Shown here: in pieces, positions 1 through 4,431 of the stretch | Layout of the letters: every line of letters begins with the position of its first letter | Numbering within the stretch: the stretch's first letter is position 1 | IMG/VR virus record: IMGVR_UViG_2541047122_000017 | Strand: one strand, 5' to 3' | DNA: 4,431 nt | From: a virus | Taxonomy: Duplodnaviria > Heunggongvirae > Uroviricota > Caudoviricetes | Position numbers and translations under genes: made by a program | Notes under the pieces: generated by a model | Databases searched by the model: none | Told to the model about the DNA's origin: nothing | Seen by the model: the letters and a program-made list of their open reading frames with translations, nothing else

Positions 1-857
1 CTCCCCGGATCTTCATAGTCCTGTCCGTCACCTTTACGGATATACAGTCCCAGCGCCGCAGCAATACGCGCCGCTGTCAGTTCCGCATCCTCATACTCCT
101 TAAGGGCACTGATCCGCATCAGCACCCCCGATAACATGGATGAGCCTCGCGTCTGATGCAGACGACGAGTGAACTTCAGGTGGATCATTTTTCCGGCAGC
201 GATTTCTTTCGTATCACTCTGCCGGCCGCTGACCGGATAATTTTTATAAACCAGATATTTTTTCGGTCTTCCCCACTCATCAAGAAAAACCCCCTGATTC
301 AGTCCGGCGGATTCATCAGTGCGCATGGGAACAAAATCCGGCTCCATCGCCTCAAGCCAGAATGGCACTCCCGCCGTCCGTTCCAGACCGTTTCCCGCAC
401 CACTGACCATCTGCGCAAACACTTCACCATCCCGCAGCCAGGTCCGCAGCAGTAAACGTTCAAGCACAGGACGGGTATACTGCCCTGTCACATCCGGACT
501 CACGGACCATTCAGCCCACAAACGGCGGATATCCGCAGCCAGCTCAGCCGCCATTTCCCCGTTTTTTCGTAATGGCTGAGGCTCCACAATAATTCCCCTG
601 GCACCAATCACCCGCTCTTCCAGCTTGTCAAACACACCAATCACCAGGTCATGATTGATATCCAGAAAACGGGCCTGCTCCCGCAGGGAAACCGCACCGT
701 ATTTACTGAGCTGATCAGCAGAGCGATTTTCCCGCCGGGCTTTATGTGTCCGGGTCGGTTTCACCGCCTCATAGGCCATGATTAACGCCCTTGAACGCAG
801 TCTGGCTGCTTTCCACCCGGGGGAAAACACGCCGATCACATCATCAATAATTGCCAT
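1..857 (-). CDS. Phage portal protein (lambda gpB position), N-terminal 285 codons; the 3' end lies beyond the window start
   Basis: ATG at 857-855 shares one base with the W stop (TAATG) and is preceded by GAGG about 5 nt upstream. I hand-translated the frame and found no stop down to position 1 (MAIIDDVIGVFSPGWKAARLRSRALIMAYEAVKPTRTHKARRENRSADQLSKYGAVSLREQARFLDINHDLVIGVF...GLYIRKGDGQDYEDPG). It is absent from the supplied ORF track only because it has no stop inside the window. Product is assigned by synteny (terminase small, terminase large, W, portal, as in lambda); I could not verify portal-specific motifs from memory. Confidence 0.7.
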   Translation of the reverse strand, partial: MAIIDDVIGVFSPGWKAARLRSRALIMAYEAVKPTRTHKARRENRSADQLSKYGAVSLREQARFLDINHDLVIGVFDKLEERVIGARGIIVEPQPLRKNGEMAAELAADIRRLWAEWSVSPDVTGQYTRPVLERLLLRTWLRDGEVFAQMVSGAGNGLERTAGVPFWLEAMEPDFVPMRTDESAGLNQGVFLDEWGRPKKYLVYKNYPVSGRQSDTKEIAAGKMIHLKFTRRLHQTRGSSMLSGVLMRISALKEYEDAELTAARIAAALGLYIRKGDGQDYEDPG

Positions 858-1093
858 TAAAACCTCGCCAGTTTAAATCCCGGTTTTCCCCGCCTGCGGC
901 TCACCATCGCGGCAAGCCTGCGTTCCCACTCCTGACGTCCGGCGCGGATCTGAGAAAGGCTTTCCAGCGTCAGTTGCTGCCCGTTGAAGGTGACAGACTT
1001 TCCCTCCAGTACGGCCATTTCCGCTTCACGGTACCGCTGTATCATTTCTCTGGCTTCTTCTGTGCTCACAACCAGCCTCCTGATGTTATCCAT
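857..1093 (-). CDS. W: Head-tail connector / head completion protein, gpW-like (78 aa from the ATG at 1093; about 70 aa if the GTG at 1069 is the true start)
   Basis: Small ORF immediately downstream of the terminase large subunit. The C-terminal region (QEWERRLAAMVSRRRGKPGF) resembles the basic RRRGPAGF-type C-terminus of lambda gpW as I recall it; size and position match lambda W. Stop TAA at 859-857. Confidence 0.8.
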   Translation of the reverse strand: MDNIRRLVVSTEEAREMIQRYREAEMAVLEGKSVTFNGQQLTLESLSQIRAGRQEWERRLAAMVSRRRGKPGFKLARF

Positions 1094-3189
1094 GGATTAT
1101 CTTCCGCACGCTCCGTCCACAGTTTTTTCTTCCGGCGACGGCGTTTTTCTGCCCCGGCCGTCAGTTCCGGGGATACCGTTTCACCAGAACGCTCCTGCGG
1201 GAAGACGAGCCACGTTTCCCGCTGTGCCCAGTCCGGTGCGGAGGGCCAGCGGATCTTTTCGTAACCATGCAGAACGGCAAGCGCATCCGCATAAACCAGC
1301 AGGTCAAACGCTTCGTTAGCGCCCCTGCCCGGTTTTCGCCATTTTCCGTCACTGCCGCGCTCTTCATAGGTCAGCTCATCGTAAAACCACCGCCCCAGCC
1401 AGTCGGGAAAGTGGATATAGTTCGGCCCTGGTGTGTCACGCCACAGGGCATTATTTACACGATCCTTAAACGCATCCGTCTGAACCAGCCACAGCGCGAC
1501 ATCGCCACTGGCTCTGGCACGGCGGGCACTTCTGCCGGTATTATCCGGGAAGGTTCGGTTAATCAGCCTGTCACGGCGAAGTCCATCCCCCTTGAACAGA
1601 AACACCCTGTTGCCCAGTCCGTCACTCCGGCAACGACGCCAGAAACGATAGGCGTTATCTGTCACCCCGGCTTCCCCTCCCGTATCCACCGCCATGGCCA
1701 TCAGACGCATGCGCACATCCGGATCAGAAGCCAGCGGCCATGTTTTATGGAACACATCCGTCAGCAACAAATCCCAGTCCTCCGGATATGCCGCCGGATC
1801 AACCGGCAGACTTTCACCGTTGGGACTGCAGCGCAGTGAATGCCGGATGTTGTAGCGATCAACAATCCAGCGTTCCCCCTGCTCTCCGTATCCGGTGATC
1901 TGCACAACAAAACGGCGATTTTTACCGCCCTGTACGTCAACCGTTGCCTCAATAAAACGCACACCATCCGGCACAGATCGCCGGGGAAACGGCTCGGCAC
2001 GCTGTTCAAGCAGTTCACTTTTACGCTGTTCCGTGGCTGAACGGGGCAGATAGGGTCGTCCGATATCGGTGTTCACCACCGCTTTCAGGGTCTCTTCACT
2101 GCCGGTTCGCTCATACTCTTCTTCTGCCGCCAGCAGTTTAAAAATCAGTTGTTCCCAGGTCTGAAACGCCGCAGCTGGCCCCTCCATCCAAAATGACGCA
2201 ATCCGGGAGTTTCGTGGCGTTCCGGTGATACTGCCGTCCGCCGCCGCCCGTTCACCTTCACGAAGCCAGATCCCCTGGTTATTCAGTTCGCGTTTCTGCT
2301 CAGGGGCAATCAGCCCGCGACAATGCGGACACATCAGACGGGCAGCCTGACCGGCAGCCACAAAATCCGGGTTATTCCGGTATCCGGTCATGTTATCCAT
2401 CACCGGCTGAAAATATTCCCCGCAGTGCGGACACGGCCAGTACCACCGGCGGCGGTCTCCCCGGTTATACAGTGACAGGATCCCCGTTGTTGGCGGTGCC
2501 TCATGTGCGCCACCACAACGCCATTTGGTATCGGTGATATCCCGCCCCGGTGAACTCTCGACCAGGGTCATCCCCGAGGACATAAAGGTGGTGGTACGCT
2601 TTGAGGCCAGCGTGAAGGCATCCCCTTCCCCGTCCACGTTTTCAGGGAAACGGTCATAATCCGTCAGCGCCACACGACGGTAATCCGAAGAGGAAAAGAC
2701 GGTGATCGACGGCCAGCCAATCTTCAGGAAGGAGCCGTCAAGAAACATTTTATCGTGGACGTTGTTGTCATTACGGGAAGGACTGAGGCGCTTGCTGACC
2801 TCCGGACTGTGGCGAAACGTCCTGGAAAGACGCGTTCTGGAATGCTCACGCGCCTTCGTCTCAGTCATCTGCACCACCAGCATATCCGCCGGATCACAGA
2901 TGATGCCGTACACAATCCAGCCATCAATCAGCCCTTCGGTTTTCCCGGTTCGCGCAGGTCCCACAAACACCACCGCGTCATATTCACGGGCTGATAATGT
3001 ATTAATGGGGTCAATCATATAGGGCGTCAGCGATGACTCCCACGGACCGGAAGTATTGGCTCCCCGTGGAACCCGCATATAACGCCTGATGGCTTCCGCT
3101 ACTGGTAACCGGCTGGGTGGGCGAAACAGCGAGGCCACTTCGCGCCAGATATCGGATGCGCGGCTATGGCTCTCGTTCACCTGATTCAC
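1066..3189 (-). CDS. terL: Terminase large subunit, lambda gpA-like (707 aa)
   Basis: Long ORF with a canonical Walker A P-loop GPARTGKT (aa 77-84, nt 2938-2961). Two CPHC pairs (C253-x2-C256 and C287-x2-C290), the first (WPCPHCGEYF) resembling the CPHCGEE motif of lambda gpA. DTGG motif (MAVDTGGE) and a C-terminal region (EAFDLLVYADALAVL) reminiscent of lambda gpA (NEALDCFVYALAAL) from memory. N-terminus ...LFRPP... parallels lambda gpA ...LFRPEP.... Start is GTG at 3189-3187 overlapping the upstream stop (GTGA). Confidence 0.95.
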   Translation of the reverse strand: MNQVNESHSRASDIWREVASLFRPPSRLPVAEAIRRYMRVPRGANTSGPWESSLTPYMIDPINTLSAREYDAVVFVGPARTGKTEGLIDGWIVYGIICDPADMLVVQMTETKAREHSRTRLSRTFRHSPEVSKRLSPSRNDNNVHDKMFLDGSFLKIGWPSITVFSSSDYRRVALTDYDRFPENVDGEGDAFTLASKRTTTFMSSGMTLVESSPGRDITDTKWRCGGAHEAPPTTGILSLYNRGDRRRWYWPCPHCGEYFQPVMDNMTGYRNNPDFVAAGQAARLMCPHCRGLIAPEQKRELNNQGIWLREGERAAADGSITGTPRNSRIASFWMEGPAAAFQTWEQLIFKLLAAEEEYERTGSEETLKAVVNTDIGRPYLPRSATEQRKSELLEQRAEPFPRRSVPDGVRFIEATVDVQGGKNRRFVVQITGYGEQGERWIVDRYNIRHSLRCSPNGESLPVDPAAYPEDWDLLLTDVFHKTWPLASDPDVRMRLMAMAVDTGGEAGVTDNAYRFWRRCRSDGLGNRVFLFKGDGLRRDRLINRTFPDNTGRSARRARASGDVALWLVQTDAFKDRVNNALWRDTPGPNYIHFPDWLGRWFYDELTYEERGSDGKWRKPGRGANEAFDLLVYADALAVLHGYEKIRWPSAPDWAQRETWLVFPQERSGETVSPELTAGAEKRRRRKKKLWTERAEDNPWITSGGWL

Positions 3190-3662
3190 ATATCGGCCTC
3201 ATCACAACAGTCAATGACTGCCTTTTCCAGTGTGTCGCGGATCTCATCAACCACAATCTGTACTTCATTCAGTTGTGATGCGGTCCACCCCCTGTCCCTC
3301 TCCAGCCGGTCAGGCCAGGTTTCCAGTACCTGAACTATCGCTTTCACCACGACAGAAAAGGACCGCCTGACATCACTGACTGGCACAAGCTGAACAGTTT
3401 CATGCTGAAATTTAAGACGCTCGCGCTCGGACTGATACCATGCCTTACGAGCGTGAGGATCCATATCCTCATCTTCGGAAGATGGTGGTTTTTCCAGCAA
3501 CGAAGTTATCAAATCCGTCAGGAGATACAGTTTTTTCTTTTCATTACTGCCTGGTGCAAGAGGAACATCCGCCATTCTGGCGGCAACAGTCTGCCGGTGC
3601 AGACCTGAAAGGGCTGCCAGTTGATTAATATTTAACTTCATATTTTTCAGCTCGCCGTCCAT
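3186..3662 (-). CDS. terS: Terminase small subunit, lambda Nu1-like (158 aa; possibly 151 aa if the internal ATG at 3641 is used)
   Basis: N-terminal helix-turn-helix-like segment MKLNINQLAALSGLHRQTV parallels lambda Nu1 MEVNKKQLADIFGASIRTI (from memory). Sits directly upstream of, and is translationally coupled to, the terminase large subunit. Strong SD GGAGGG 6 nt upstream of the ATG at 3662. Acidic central stretch SSEDEDMD. Confidence 0.85.
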   Translation of the reverse strand: MDGELKNMKLNINQLAALSGLHRQTVAARMADVPLAPGSNEKKKLYLLTDLITSLLEKPPSSEDEDMDPHARKAWYQSERERLKFQHETVQLVPVSDVRRSFSVVVKAIVQVLETWPDRLERDRGWTASQLNEVQIVVDEIRDTLEKAVIDCCDEADM

Positions 3663-3847
3663 TTACATCCCTCCACATAAACCGCAGAACAGAAGTGACT
3701 CTGTTTTTTTGTAAAGAAATGCCGCCATATAAAGATGTCGAACAAAAAACAACCACAATCATCATCTTTTTAATACTAACAGCATTAAAAACAACAAGTT
3801 ACCATCATGATGATGATGACGATAAAATCACAAAAATGCGCCTTTTT
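3663..3847 (-). promoter_or_regulatory. Candidate cosB-like terminase-binding region (AT-rich, with repeated ATCATCAT / CATCATGATG motifs)
   Basis: About 185 bp of AT-rich non-coding DNA between the putative cosN and the terS start, the same place and roughly the same length as lambda cosB. Contains AATCATCATC (3757-3766) and the perfect 10-bp palindrome CATCATGATG (3803-3812) followed by GATGATGA. Function is inferred by position only. Confidence 0.4.
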
Positions 3848-3866
3848 CCGCGCCCGCCCGCCCCGT
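3848..3866. other. Candidate cosN (cohesive-end site); predicted 12-nt overhang about 3852-3863
   Basis: Minus strand reads ACGGGGCGGGCGGGCGCGG. This resembles the lambda cos junction ...ACG/GGGCGGCGACCT CGCGG... as I recall it, with the first six bases after the nick (GGGCGG) identical. It lies about 190 bp upstream of the terS ATG, similar to the cos end to Nu1 distance in lambda. It is the only strongly GC-rich block in an otherwise AT-rich intergenic region. Confidence 0.45.
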
Positions 3867-4117
3867 GTTCAGGCCCACCCCACCAGGAGGACCCGCAAAA
3901 ACGATAATGGTTATCATTTGCAACAAAATCCAGTTTCTTCCACCATCGCACCGGACTGGCGACTATGAGGGGACAACACCGCGCTCCGTTAACGCGGTAA
4001 ACCCCGGTGTGTATCGTTTTTGATTATCCCCGCACACTCTCGCAGAGGAGTCTCCCTGTCGGGCTGCGGTCTCTGTTAATGCAGGAATACGGTGACGATA
4101 CGGCGCATCAGCAAAAC

Positions 4118-4431
4118 TTAGTTCAGGCACTGAGTGCGGATATAGTCCTGTGCCCCTTCCAGCTGCTTCTGCATTGTCATCAACCGTTCTCTGAGGATGA
4201 AATAATCCCGTTCAGCGGTGTCTGCCAGTCGGGGGGAGGCTGCATTATCCACGCCGGAGGCGGTGGTGGCTTCACGCACTGACTGACAGACTGCTTTGAT
4301 GTGCAACCGACGACGACCAGCGGCAACATCATCACGCAGAGCATCATTTTCAGCTTTCGCATCAGCTAACTCCTTCGTGTATTTTGCATCGAGCGCAGCA
4401 ACATCACGCTGACGCATCTGCATGTCAGTAA
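4118..4431 (-). CDS. Rz: Rz i-spanin (inner-membrane spanin subunit), C-terminal ~104 codons; the 5' end lies beyond the window end
   Basis: Translation MQMRQRDVAALDAKYTKELADAKAENDALRDDVAAGRRRLHIKAVCQSVREATTASGVDNAASPRLADTAERDYF... is near-identical to the C-terminal two-thirds of lambda Rz as I recall it. The frame stays open upstream of the first in-window Met (..T-D-M-Q-M..) to the window edge. Stop TAA at 4120-4118. Confidence 0.95.
   Translation of the reverse strand, partial: TDMQMRQRDVAALDAKYTKELADAKAENDALRDDVAAGRRRLHIKAVCQSVREATTASGVDNAASPRLADTAERDYFILRERLMTMQKQLEGAQDYIRTQCLN
4180..4362 (-). CDS. Rz1: Rz1 o-spanin (outer-membrane lipoprotein spanin subunit), 60 aa, fully embedded in the +1 frame of Rz
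   Basis: MRKLKMMLCVMMLPLVVVGCTSKQSVSQCVKPPPPPAWIMQPPPDWQTPLNGIISSSENG matches lambda Rz1 almost residue for residue from memory. Signal peptide with lipobox LVVVG-C and a proline-rich mature region. Lies entirely inside Rz in another frame, the classic embedded-gene arrangement. Confidence 0.9.
   Translation of the reverse strand: MRKLKMMLCVMMLPLVVVGCTSKQSVSQCVKPPPPPAWIMQPPPDWQTPLNGIISSSENG

Noticed and set aside
156-579. Plus-strand ORFs 156-455 and 319-579
   Set aside because: Antisense to the open portal reading frame, which is uninterrupted across 1-857 on the minus strand. No RBS or recognisable motifs.
851-3022. Plus-strand ORFs 851-1264, 984-1319, 1267-1839, 1840-2040, 2702-3022 and 2755-2994, and minus-strand ORFs 1161-1367 and 1761-2018
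   Set aside because: All lie antisense to, or in alternative frames of, the 707-aa terminase large subunit (and W). Their translations are Arg/Pro/Ser-rich low-complexity sequence typical of off-frame readings of a GC-rich gene. The terminase frame carries recognisable motifs, so these are spurious.
3402-3628. Plus-strand ORFs 3402-3608 and 3440-3628
   Set aside because: Antisense to terS; no independent support.
3695-3907. Plus-strand ORF encoding ...SYHHDDDDDKITK..., which contains a DDDDK enterokinase-like / FLAG-like motif
   Set aside because: The ORF runs straight across the putative cosB and cosN. The DDDDDK string is simply the translation of the GATGATGATGACGAT repeat, which I interpret as a DNA-level terminase-binding repeat. 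There is no vector or tag context (no DYK prefix, no flanking cloning sites), so an engineered tag is unlikely.
3987-3994. Palindrome CGTTAACG (contains a HpaI site)
   Set aside because: An 8-bp palindrome is expected by chance in a window of this size; symmetry does not extend further.
3906-4022. 38-codon plus-strand ORF (MVIICNKIQFLPPSHRTGDYEGTTPRSVNAVNPGVYRF) in the Rz-cos spacer, on the strand where lambda carries bor
   Set aside because: No Shine-Dalgarno within a plausible distance of the ATG, no signal peptide or lipobox as bor has, and it is very short. Most likely non-coding, though a small protein cannot be excluded without conservation data.
4030-4075. Possible transcription terminator hairpin downstream of Rz (CCGCA...TGCGG and CTCT-GCG-AGAG)
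   Set aside because: Stems are only 4-5 bp with a large loop and no following U-run on the transcribed (minus) strand. Late transcription is also expected to read through cos into the head genes, so a terminator here is not expected.
4007-4282. Plus-strand ORF 4007-4282 (91 aa)
   Set aside because: Mostly antisense to Rz/Rz1; Gly-rich low-complexity C-terminus; no RBS.
1-4431. Search for a novel defence or accessory system (toxin-antitoxin, restriction-modification, CRISPR, retron, abortive-infection morons)
   Set aside because: All coding capacity is accounted for by conserved lysis and packaging/head genes in canonical order. There are no repeat arrays, no extra ORFs between modules, and no RNA gene signatures, so I cannot support any such call from this window.

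Overview
This window is the late-region junction of a lambdoid, cos-packaging prophage or phage, with every supported gene on the minus strand. Reading in the direction of transcription (high to low coordinates): the 3' part of the spanin gene Rz with Rz1 embedded in its +1 frame (4118-4431, cut by the window edge); a ~455-bp non-coding spacer that I interpret as the cos region (a GC-rich cosN-like block at about 3848-3866, then an AT-rich cosB-like stretch with ATCATCAT / CATCATGATG repeats); the terminase small subunit (Nu1-like, 3186-3662); the terminase large subunit (gpA-like, 1066-3189, GTG start); a gpW-like head-tail connector (857-1093); and the first 285 codons of a portal protein that runs off the window start (1-857). 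Genes are tightly packed with overlapping stop/start codons. I see no evidence of a novel defence or accessory system here. The points worth a second look are the packaging site and the mosaic joint between lambda-like lysis genes and a more divergent head module. All homology statements come from my memory of lambda proteins and from motifs read directly in the sequence, not from database searches.
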